Of a stretch of DNA of 64,000 nucleotides, positions 9,817 to 18,600 are shown piece after piece. Source of the stretch: Myxococcota bacterium (GTDB lineage Bacteria; Myxococcota_A; UBA796; SXON01); NCBI GenBank assembly GCA_040386535.1, contig JAZKFH010000008.1:199002-263001 (forward strand). The letters run 5' to 3'. Position numbers and translations under genes: made by a program. Positions within the stretch are counted from its first letter, which is position 1, and each line of letters starts with the position of its first letter. The notes beneath the pieces are model-generated. The model worked only from the letters and a program-made list of their open reading frames with translations. It was not told where the DNA came from and did no database searches.

Positions 9817-10272
9817 ATGGCCACGGATCCCACGCTCCGCCTCCGCCGCCGCCTCCCGGGCGACCGCCTGGCTACGGAAGAGCGCGGGCTCGCGCGGCTC
9901 CTCGCCCGCGAGCGGCCGGACACGCGGCCCGATCCGGTCCCCGCGCGCGACAAGCAGGGCGCGCGCGCACCCGTGCAGCGCGACACGACCCATGTGGCCT
10001 CGTGCCGCCCCAACGCGCCGCTCCTGATTCGTATCGTGCGGTACCCGTTCGCCCTGCCCACCACGCGCGGCACCCGGCAGAAGTACCGGGATGAGGTGGA
10101 GAAGTTCATCCGTGTGGACTGGTCGTCGGAGGTGGCCGCCGCGCTTGCCGATCGCGCGAGACTGAGGTTTACTTCCGCGGGGCGAGGGCGGCCGTTGCCG
10201 TTCACCGTCCGGCCCAGCGTCTGGTCCATCCTTCCGACCGAACCCTCCCCGAAGACTGGAGACGAGCGTTGA
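9817..10272 (+). CDS. Hypothetical protein, first gene of the eCIS operon
   Basis: TAGAAT -10-like hexamer just upstream; stop overlaps the Pvc16-like start (TTGA). Confidence 0.55.
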   Translation: MATDPTLRLRRRLPGDRLATEERGLARLLARERPDTRPDPVPARDKQGARAPVQRDTTHVASCRPNAPLLIRIVRYPFALPTTRGTRQKYRDEVEKFIRVDWSSEVAAALADRARLRFTSAGRGRPLPFTVRPSVWSILPTEPSPKTGDER

Positions 10273-11159
10273 ACCCCGCCGAAGAAGCCGAGCAGCTCCG
10301 CGCGACGGGTGGTCCTGCCTCGGGCCGGAGCATCATCGGCGAGACCACCGAGGCCATCCACAAGTTCCTCCTCGAGGGCTACAAGCTCACCGACATGCCG
10401 CCGCGCATCGAGGAAGAGCTGAAGTTCATCCCCAAGGATCGTGAGGAGATCCTCTACATCTACATGTACAGGGTGGCGCAGAACGCCAACCTGATGAACC
10501 AGAAGCGGCTGCGCCAGGCGCCGGTCTTCGTGAAGGACGATCCGGAGAAGGGGGGGGAGGTCTACTTCCACCGCCCACCCGTCCTGCTCGACCTGTTCTA
10601 CCTGATCTCGGTGCACTCCAAGTTCCGCTCCGACGCCGAGCGGCTCCTGGGCTGGGTCCTGCTCCGCCTCAACGAGGCCACGCACCTCATCTACCGGCCG
10701 CGCCGCTTCATGCTGCCCGACGGGCGTGAGGTCGACAGCCTCGGCCGCACCTACGACGCGAAGAACTTCGAGGGCCAGAAGGTCAACTCGGAGGGCGAGC
10801 CCGAAGAGGATGACGGCCTGTTCATCGAAAAAGTGTCGCTCGCGCTGGTCGATGATCTCACCGTTGGCGACGCGATCAACCTCTTCACGTTGCACGAAGC
10901 TCCATACCGCCCCTTCTTGACCTACCGGGCACGTGTGGCGCTAGATGGACCGCTCTACAAGTCTTCCGGCGGTGCGACCATTCGGTTGCCCCGTCTGGAG
11001 AGGACCTCACCCCCGACGGACGGCCAGGGGGACTCCCCCAACGGCCGCAAACGCTCGGGGGGGAAGGGGTCCCCACCGCCAACGCTCAAAACGCCCCCTG
11101 GGCCGAAACCGTACATGCTCCGCAAGAACGCGGACGCTGACAATGAATCGGAGGATTGA
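10269..11159 (+). CDS. Pvc16/Afp16-like cap protein (DUF4255)
   Basis: LYIYMYRVAQN, PPVLLDLFYLIS, ERLLGWVLLRL, PYRPFLTYRARVAL; directly upstream of the sheath. Confidence 0.85.
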   Translation: MNPAEEAEQLRATGGPASGRSIIGETTEAIHKFLLEGYKLTDMPPRIEEELKFIPKDREEILYIYMYRVAQNANLMNQKRLRQAPVFVKDDPEKGGEVYFHRPPVLLDLFYLISVHSKFRSDAERLLGWVLLRLNEATHLIYRPRRFMLPDGREVDSLGRTYDAKNFEGQKVNSEGEPEEDDGLFIEKVSLALVDDLTVGDAINLFTLHEAPYRPFLTYRARVALDGPLYKSSGGATIRLPRLERTSPPTDGQGDSPNGRKRSGGKGSPPPTLKTPPGPKPYMLRKNADADNESED

Positions 11160-11167
11160 GGACAAAA

Positions 11168-12967
11168 ATGGAATACCATACCCCAGGCGTTTACATTCGT
11201 GAGGTCGATAGCGGTCCGAAGCCGATCTCCTCGGTTTCGACCAGCACCCCCGGCTTCATCGGACTCTTCGAGTTCCACCCGCCCCACGACGCGATCGCGA
11301 TCACCGGGAGCAACGGCAAGCGCCAGCTCCGCGGCAAGGTCGTTCCCCAGCTCGTCGACGAGAAGGGCGCGGTCAAGGGCGATGCGAACGAGGCCTCCAC
11401 GGCCCTCGCCCAGGCGTTCAAGCTCGGCCGCAAGGACGTGCGCGACGTGAAGAAGTACCTCGAGCTCTTCGGCGCGCCGAAGGCCGGCCCCGCCGCGCCC
11501 AAGTTCGAGGCGGGCGCCAAGGGCAAGGTCAAGATCACCTGGGCCGAGAAGTCGGTCGAGGTGGCCGAAGTCAACATGGGCGTTGACGGCAAGGTCATCA
11601 CGGACAGCGACGAGTCCGTCGAGAAGCTCCTCAACAGCCTCCACGAGACCTTCCCCCTCGAGAAGGCCGCCCCGAAGACCGCTGCCGACGTGCTCGCGGT
11701 CTACGGCTACGACGTGAAGGGCACCGAAGGCACCGCGCTCCGCTCGGAGTACTCGGTCCCCCCGGTCGGCATCACGAACAAGGCCGAGTTCTTCCGCTGG
11801 CTCCAGAGCTACTTCGCCCAGTACCTCATCGAGACCCGCCCCATCGAGGACCTCGTCGGTCGCACCTTCACCGACCTCGACGAAGCGGCGGACGCCGTCT
11901 ACGAAGCCATCGCGAACGACGACGCGCTGAAGAAGGAGTTCCGCGACTTCCTCTCCCAGCCCTCCGTCTTCAACTTCGTGGCGGGCGTCAACGGCTTCTA
12001 CGACAACGGCGGCGGCAAGTGCTACGTCTACCTCATGGGCGCGCCGGACACGGCGACCTCGATCCGTGAGAACCAGGCGGACAAGATCGGCCTCTACGCG
12101 TTCGACGACGTCGACGACATGGCCCTCATGGTCGCCCCGGGCTGCCTCCCCCACCAGCAGAAGGAGATGCTCGAGCTCTGCGAGATCCGCAAGGACCGCT
12201 TCGCGATCCTCGATGGGCCGATCGTCTCCGACGGCGCCATGGACATCCCGGCCTCGAACAAGGGCTACGGCGCGATCTACGTGCCCTGGCTCAAGATCAC
12301 GAAGCCGAGCTGGTTCACCGGCAACCAGGACCACATCAAGGTCACCGGCCCGAACCGCCGCAAGCTCATCAAGACCGAGAAGAACGAGCTGTTCGTGCCC
12401 CCCTCCGGGCACATGGCCGGTGTCTTCGCGCGCGTCGACTCCGAGCGCGGCGTCCACAAGGCCCCGGCGAACGAGATCACGATGGGCATCGTCGGCCTGT
12501 CGCAGAACATCAACCGCCTGGAGCAGGGGCAGTACAACGATCGCGGCATCAACGTGATCCGCATCTTCAAGGACCGCGGCATCCGCGTCTGGGGTGCGCG
12601 TACCCTCGGCACGATGTCCGACGCGTCCTGGAAGTACATCAACGTGCGTCGCCTCTTCATCATGATCGAGCAGTCGATCATGATCGGCAGCCAGTGGGCG
12701 GTGTTCGAGCCGAACGACCACACCCTCTGGAAGAAGCTGACCCGCGACGTGCGTGCGTACCTCATGCGCGTCTGGCGCTCCGGCGCGCTCTTCGGCCAGA
12801 CCCCCGAAGAGGCGTTCTACGTCAAGTGTGACGACGAGACCAATCCCCGCTACTTGATCGACGCGGGCCAGGTCAACGTGCAGATCGGCATCTGCCCCGT
12901 GAAGCCCGCCGAGTTCGTCATCTTCAGCATCGGCCAGTGGGACGGCGGCGCGCTCATCGAGGAGTAG
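11168..12967 (+). CDS. Contractile tail sheath protein 1
   Basis: YHTPGVYIREV, GFYDNGGGKCYV, VPPSGHMAGVFARVDSERGVHKAPAN, VWGARTL, YINVRRL, WAVFEPND, PVKPAEFV. Confidence 0.96.
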   Translation: MEYHTPGVYIREVDSGPKPISSVSTSTPGFIGLFEFHPPHDAIAITGSNGKRQLRGKVVPQLVDEKGAVKGDANEASTALAQAFKLGRKDVRDVKKYLELFGAPKAGPAAPKFEAGAKGKVKITWAEKSVEVAEVNMGVDGKVITDSDESVEKLLNSLHETFPLEKAAPKTAADVLAVYGYDVKGTEGTALRSEYSVPPVGITNKAEFFRWLQSYFAQYLIETRPIEDLVGRTFTDLDEAADAVYEAIANDDALKKEFRDFLSQPSVFNFVAGVNGFYDNGGGKCYVYLMGAPDTATSIRENQADKIGLYAFDDVDDMALMVAPGCLPHQQKEMLELCEIRKDRFAILDGPIVSDGAMDIPASNKGYGAIYVPWLKITKPSWFTGNQDHIKVTGPNRRKLIKTEKNELFVPPSGHMAGVFARVDSERGVHKAPANEITMGIVGLSQNINRLEQGQYNDRGINVIRIFKDRGIRVWGARTLGTMSDASWKYINVRRLFIMIEQSIMIGSQWAVFEPNDHTLWKKLTRDVRAYLMRVWRSGALFGQTPEEAFYVKCDDETNPRYLIDAGQVNVQIGICPVKPAEFVIFSIGQWDGGALIEE

Positions 12968-12986
12968 CACCGGCGCCCGACAAGAC

Positions 12987-13026
12987 GGCCGGGACGTGGG
13001 GGCAACCCTGCGTCCCGGCCTGTTTT
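12987..13026 (+). terminator. Intrinsic terminator/stabilising hairpin after sheath 1
   Basis: GGCCGGGACG...GCAA loop...CGTCCCGGCC followed by TGTTTT. Confidence 0.65.
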
Positions 13027-13085
13027 GGTAGAAGCTACACTAGTAGAAGCAGTCGTAGAAGCAGCAGTACCGCAGGAGCATCGTC

Positions 13086-13451
13086 ATGGAGCTGAAGACC
13101 GAGTACGAGTTCATCCTCCCCCGGGGGTACGTCGACAAGGACGGCACGCTCCACCGCGAAGGCGTCATGCGCCTCGCGAACGCGAAGGACGAGATCGTCC
13201 CGCTGAACGACATGCGCGTGCAGCGCAACCGGGCCTACCTCATCATCGTGCTCCTGAGCCGGGTCATCCCGCGTCTCGGCAACCTCGGCGAGGTCAACAC
13301 CGGCGTCATCGAGAACCTGTTCGCGGGTGACCTCCGCTTCCTCGAAGAGATGTACAACCGCATCAACGAGGACGAAGCCACCATCCAGGTGACCTGCCCC
13401 GAGTGCGGGACGAAGTTCGAGAAGGAGTTCGGCCGCCTGGGGGAATCGTAA
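13086..13451 (+). CDS. Tail assembly chaperone-like protein with C-terminal CxxC
   Basis: TEYEFILPRGYVD..G..HREGVMRLA, IENLFAGDLRFLEEMYNRIN, CPECG; CIS-locus family; GGAG RBS. Confidence 0.85.
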   Translation: MELKTEYEFILPRGYVDKDGTLHREGVMRLANAKDEIVPLNDMRVQRNRAYLIIVLLSRVIPRLGNLGEVNTGVIENLFAGDLRFLEEMYNRINEDEATIQVTCPECGTKFEKEFGRLGES

Positions 13452-13485
13452 GCTACCCCTTGGAGAACATCTTCAAGGAGGTAGC
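13422..13485 (+). promoter_or_regulatory. Putative -1 programmed ribosomal frameshift signal
   Basis: AAGGAG (13422-27), slippery G GGG GAA (13439-45), 6-nt spacer, stem-loop 13452-13485. Confidence 0.7.
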
Positions 13486-13606
13486 GTTCATCGCGTACCA
13501 CTTCCATTGGGACCGTGAAACCTGCCTCGTGATGCCGCACAAGGAGCGGCATGCGTGGGTCAAGGAGATCTCGGCCATCAACGAAAAGATCAACGCGCCC
13601 AGGTAG
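13442..13606 (+). CDS. DUF6760-like small protein, probably the frameshift extension of 13086..13451
   Basis: EVAFIAYHFHW...MPHKERHAWVKEISAINE; lies in the -1 frame of the upstream gene and lacks a convincing start of its own. Confidence 0.75.
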   Translation, partial: GIVSYPLENIFKEVAFIAYHFHWDRETCLVMPHKERHAWVKEISAINEKINAPR

Positions 13607-13689
13607 GGCCACGCCAGGTCGGTCCCCGCTCGCTCGTCCGTGGTTCACGGCGAGGCCGAGCGGGGCCGACCATTCTCCCCCGAGCGCCC

Positions 13690-14877
13690 ATGCGTCCAGG
13701 CATCAGCATCCAGCACGGGACCCTCGCGAACCGCTCGCAGGGGCTCGTCCGTTGTGACATCGGCGGGATCATCGGCTTTCTCACGCGGGAGCGCTGGCCC
13801 GAAGAGGCCTCGGCCGGGGACTTCATCGAGATCGTCCTTCGCCGCTGGACCGAGCTGGACGATCATCCGCAGCGTCTCCTGTTCGACCCGGCCTCGCGCC
13901 GGGCGGTCCGCTCGTTCTTCGAGAACGGGGGCGACACCCTCCACCTCTTCGCCGTGTGCGTGGAGTCGGAGGACGAGCTGAAGCACCGCACGGGAGACGA
14001 CGGCCCGCTCGCGCCGCTCCTGCACCGGCTCCGCGCCGAGGACGACATCGCGCTGCTCGCGGTGCCCTCGGCCGCCTACATGCGCTGCGAGGTGCTCCGC
14101 AACGGCAAGGTCCGCTGTGACGCGGACGCCCTGTACGACGAGCTGCTGGCGCACTGCCGGCAGATGACGAACCGCTTCTTGATCATCGACGCGCCGCGCG
14201 GCCTCCACGGCGACGTGCTGCTCCGCTGGTTCGAGTCCTTCCGGCAACGGGAGCCCGAGAACCGAAGCTACGGCGCCGTCTACTACCCGTGGCTCAAGCG
14301 CGCCGACGAGACCTTTCCGCCCTCCGGCTCCTTGATGGGCGTGTTCGCGCGCACGGAGCTCGAGCGCGCCCCGTTCGGGGTGGCGTGGCCGCCGGCGAAC
14401 GTGCCGGTGCTGGGCGTCACCCACACCGAGGTCGACATGGACTGGGGCGAGGCCGGCCAGATCAGCGACGCCGGGGTCAACCCCATCGTGGTCCAGCCGG
14501 GCCGCGGCGTGGTGGTCTGGGGCGCGCGCACCATGTCCGCCGACCCCGCGTGGACCTTCATCAACAGCCGCCGCATCGTCAGCATGATCAGCGAGCAGCT
14601 GCGCCGAGACAACGAGTGGGCGGTCTTCGAGGTGAACGACACGTCGTTGTGGAAGGTCATCGAGCGCGACGTGCTGGTCCGGCTCGAACAATTTTGGGAA
14701 GCCGGATTGATCTCCGGAACTCGATCTCGGGCGGAATATTCGGTAGAATGCAACGAAGGCACGAACCCGCTCGAAGCCCGGGATAGCGGGATGCTGAACG
14801 TGCAGGTAGCGTTACGACCGGTTGGGACGATGGAGCGGATCCTCATCGATCTGCGGTTAGGTACGGGCGGCCCCTGA
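13690..14877 (+). CDS. Contractile tail sheath protein 2 (minimal, divergent)
   Basis: AVRSFFENGG, YGAVYYPWL, PPSGSLMGVFAR, PPAN, VWGARTM, WAVFEVND. Confidence 0.9.
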   Translation: MRPGISIQHGTLANRSQGLVRCDIGGIIGFLTRERWPEEASAGDFIEIVLRRWTELDDHPQRLLFDPASRRAVRSFFENGGDTLHLFAVCVESEDELKHRTGDDGPLAPLLHRLRAEDDIALLAVPSAAYMRCEVLRNGKVRCDADALYDELLAHCRQMTNRFLIIDAPRGLHGDVLLRWFESFRQREPENRSYGAVYYPWLKRADETFPPSGSLMGVFARTELERAPFGVAWPPANVPVLGVTHTEVDMDWGEAGQISDAGVNPIVVQPGRGVVVWGARTMSADPAWTFINSRRIVSMISEQLRRDNEWAVFEVNDTSLWKVIERDVLVRLEQFWEAGLISGTRSRAEYSVECNEGTNPLEARDSGMLNVQVALRPVGTMERILIDLRLGTGGP

Positions 14878-14893
14878 GCTTCGGAGGTGTTCA

Positions 14894-15637
14894 ATGGCGG
14901 ACTGGGTAGGACGCGGCGGCGGGCGCAAAGCCGGCCAGCCTTCGAATTCGTTCAGCGGCGGTGCCGGCATGGGTGGTGGTCGCTCGGGTGACCAGCCCTC
15001 GCTGCAGGCCAGCGCCAGCGTCGAGCTCGCCGAGCGGAGCTTCAGCCTGAAGGGCTCGACCTCCATCGGCATCGCGGCGCGGTCGTACTCCATCAAGGCG
15101 GCGGTCGACTACGGCGGCTCCTCCAAGAAGTACAACCTCAAGCAGAGCAAGGCCACGACCCCGCAGCGGGCCGGGTCGAGCAGCAAGTCGTCCAGCGGCG
15201 AGATGAGCCCTCGGGTGGCCGACCCCGAAGGCAACTTCATCTTCACGCTCGAGATCGATGGGATCGAGGTCGCCCAGTTCAAGGAATGCAGCGGGCTCAA
15301 GTCCAGCACGCAGGTCTTCGAGCTCGAAGAGGGCGGCATGAACCACCGGGTGCACAAGCTCCCGGGTCAGTCGCGCTGGGAGAACATCACCCTGCGCTAC
15401 GGCGTCACGTCTGACTCCACGCTGCTGAAGTGGCGTAGCGAGATCATCCAGGACGAGTTCAGCCTTCGTCGCAACGGAAGCGTGGTGATGAAGACCCTGC
15501 AACTCGAAGAGGTGCGTCGCTACAACTTCGTGCAGGCCTGGCCGGTTGCGTGGGAAGGCCCCACGTTCGACGCCAACGCCGCCGATCTCGCCGTTGAGAT
15601 GGTCGAGATCGCGCACCACGGTATCTCCATCACCTAG
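14894..15637 (+). CDS. Tail tube protein (T4 gp19-like) with about 100-aa Ser/Gly/Lys-rich N-terminal extension
   Basis: DPEGNFIFTLEIDG, FKECSGL, EEGGMN..VHKLPG, NITLRYG, AWPVAWEGP; GGAGGT RBS before 14894. Confidence 0.92.
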   Translation: MADWVGRGGGRKAGQPSNSFSGGAGMGGGRSGDQPSLQASASVELAERSFSLKGSTSIGIAARSYSIKAAVDYGGSSKKYNLKQSKATTPQRAGSSSKSSSGEMSPRVADPEGNFIFTLEIDGIEVAQFKECSGLKSSTQVFELEEGGMNHRVHKLPGQSRWENITLRYGVTSDSTLLKWRSEIIQDEFSLRRNGSVVMKTLQLEEVRRYNFVQAWPVAWEGPTFDANAADLAVEMVEIAHHGISIT

Positions 15638-15661
15638 GTTCGAGCGCGAGGAGTCCCCGTA

Positions 15662-18600
15662 ATGCCACCGAACGACGGCGAGAACCGCAAGATCCCCGGC
15701 GATCGGCTCGTGAGCCGGATCCTGACGCGTGTGCGCCGCCGTCCCCGCATGGGGCTGTCGCCGGACTTCTACGCGCGCTTCGGCATGGCCGACCCGTGGA
15801 CCGCCCCCGAGTTCGGGGGCGAGGAGCCCGCCGCGAACGACGGCATGGTGTTCCTCTCCGCGCAGCCCTATTACGCCATGATGCGCCGGTTGGCGGCCGC
15901 CCGCCGCCGCCGCGAGCGTCGGGACACCGCCTTCCAGGCGCGCCATCCGGGTGGCGCCGCCATTCGGGCGGTCGCGCGCCACTGGCCGGGGGAGACCGCC
16001 GCGTCGCTCGCGGTCTCGCGCATCGCCCGGCTCGCGCTCGACGAGATGACGCTGCCGCCGTCGGCGGCAGCCCCGGCGCCGGCGGCCCCTGTCGTGTTGG
16101 CTCAGGGCGGGCCGTCCGCGGCTCCCGCGCCCTACCGTCGCGCAGGTTCGACCTACACCTCCCGCGGCGCCAACGCCTGGTGGTCCACGCCGTTCATCCC
16201 CGCGCGGGTGTTCGGTGGGTCCGCACCCGTCGAGGACGCGTTCGCGCCCGAAGGCGACGCGCCGCCGCCCGTCCGCTCCGCGTCGAAGCCCGTCGCGTCC
16301 GCCGGCGCCGCTCCGGCCCGCCGCGTCTCCGCCGCGCAGCACGCCGGCGCCCGCCTCGCGGACGCCGCCGCCCGAGGCGGCACGGCCGCCCGCGCCATCG
16401 CCGCCGCGGTCCCCGCCTCGCTCGGTACACGCCACCTCGCTCGTGTGGTCGAGGCGATCGAGTCCCTGCCGCCCGAAGAGCAGCAGGTGCAAATCCGCAG
16501 GGTCATCCGGCGCCTCGGGGCGTCGGCGCCCATCGTCCGGACGGTGTTCGAGGAGGGCGAGGTGTCCGCTACGGCGGGCGCTCCCGCTGCTCGTCCCGCC
16601 CAGATCGCGGCGCGCCGCGCGGACCCCACGTCGACCGCGGGCCTTCGCCCCGTCCTCGCGCGGTCGCCGGCCATGGCGCTCGCGTCCGCCCCGGAAGTCG
16701 ACCGCGCGGCGAGCGGTACGCTCGCCACGGCCGAACGTTCCGCCGAGGCTTCCGGTTCGTCGGCCTCGCTCGCTCGCCTCCCCCGACGCGCGGCGGCCAC
16801 GCAGCGTGCGCTCGCGCGCGGCGCCAGCGTCCCCGCCGCGGGCGTGTCGTCCGTGCCAGCCCCGCTCGCCTACGCTCGGGCCGTCACGTCCGCTGCGCTG
16901 ACCGCATCGCCCGTCCAGCGCCCTTCCCCGGCGGGTGCGGGCCCCCGAGGCCGCCCCTCTCTCGCGGGTCCGGGCGCCCGGGCGCAGGACATCGCGGTCA
17001 CGTCGACCGAGTCGCTCCCCGCCAAGGCCGCCGCGTTCGCCTCGCGCATGCCGGCCTCCGCCCGCGCGGTGTCCCGCTACGCCGCGTCCGCGCTCCCAGC
17101 CGAGATCCTACAGGCCGAGGCCGCGAACGGCGCCGTGCGCACGACGCAAGGCACGTGGGTCGCCGCGAAGAGCGTGATCTCGTCGCAGCGCGATCCCTCG
17201 ATTCGCGCGTCGGTGCGTCACGCGCCGGCGTCGGCGCACGCGGCTTCGCGCGTCGATGCAGGTCAGGTCGAGGGGCGCTCCGTGCTCCCGCGCGCCATCC
17301 CCGCGCCCGACCGCGTCCTCGCAGCGCTACCGCTGCCCCCTGCACCTTCGGTGGTGGCGGCGCTCTCCGCGTCTCCCGTGGCACGTGCGGAGCGCACCTC
17401 CTTGTTCGCCGCGCCGGTCGCGCCGACTGGCTCCACGCCGGTGCGCACCGAGAAGGGCGCATGGGTGGCGGCCCGTTCGCCCGAGGGCCGTGCTGCGCTA
17501 CTCGTTGCGAGCGCGCGGAACGACCGTGCCGACACGACGGGCTCCACTCGCAGCGTGGGTACTGCCACTGGTGCCACCGGCAGCATCGCTGCCAGCGGTG
17601 ATGCCGGCCGCAGTGTTCCGTCGGGCGCCGGTGAGCGCCGTGCGCTCGGTACGCGCGCCCCGTCCGAGTCGCCTGTCGCCTCCGCGCGCACGCTCGCGCC
17701 GGCGGCCTTCCGCACCGCCGAGCCGGCGAGCGTCGTGTCCACGCTGCAGTCGGCGTCGGGCGCGGACGCAGTGCCCGCCGCTCGCCCGGCAGCCACCCGC
17801 GCCGCGACCGGAGCAGCCTGGGCGCAGCCTGCAGCCGCTCGCCCCTCCGGCGTGGTCCACGCGGCGGCCCGGGCCCCTGCGCCCTCCGCCCCGGGCGCTC
17901 GCGCGTCGTTGGTGCAGGACGCACCGTTGTTCACCCGCGCCGCTCCGTCGGGCCCCGCTGCCTCGATCTCGACAGCGTCGCGCCGGTCCCTCGCCGCCCC
18001 AACTCTGTCCACCCTCGCTCCCAGCAGCGCGGGCCCCGCCGCTGGCGCCGCGCCTGCGTCCCCGCGGGAAATGTCGGACACGCGGTCGCCGGGCGCGGCC
18101 GACGCGCGTGGTGTCCGTGTCGCTGCGATGCGTGCCTCTACGATGCGCGCGCCGGCGATGGCGCACGCTTCGGCCCGTACCGAGCTCCCGGTCGAGGGGG
18201 CCACCCTCCAGCCGCAGGTCAGCCCCTCGGCACGACCCGTTCGTGCCGCGACCTTGCCGGCCCGCGCCCGGGCGCCCCACGCGGCCCGGCCGTCGAGCGT
18301 GGCGGCTGCGTCCCGCATCGATGGGCTGTTGACCACCGCGCTGTCCGAGGGCCGTGCATCCGCCCGTCCTCGTTCCGTGTCGAATCGCCCCGAGTCGGCG
18401 TCGCCCGGGTCCTCGTCGCCCGGGTCCTCGTCGCCCGGGTCCTCGAACCTCTCGCGTTTCGCGCGCAGCGGCCCTCTCTCGTTCGCGCTCCCGCCGCTCA
18501 CCACGGGCAGCGCCGACGCTGCGTCGGGTGCCAGTTCGGCGCGCGGTCCAGCGTCCGCGGCACGCGGCCCGGTGGCTTCGACTGCCGCCGAGCGGAGCCC

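Noticed and set aside
13403..13441. Upstream GTG start for the DUF6760-like ORF as given in the ORF track
   Set aside because: It lies inside the upstream gene, has no SD, and adds non-family residues; frameshift entry explains the ORF better.
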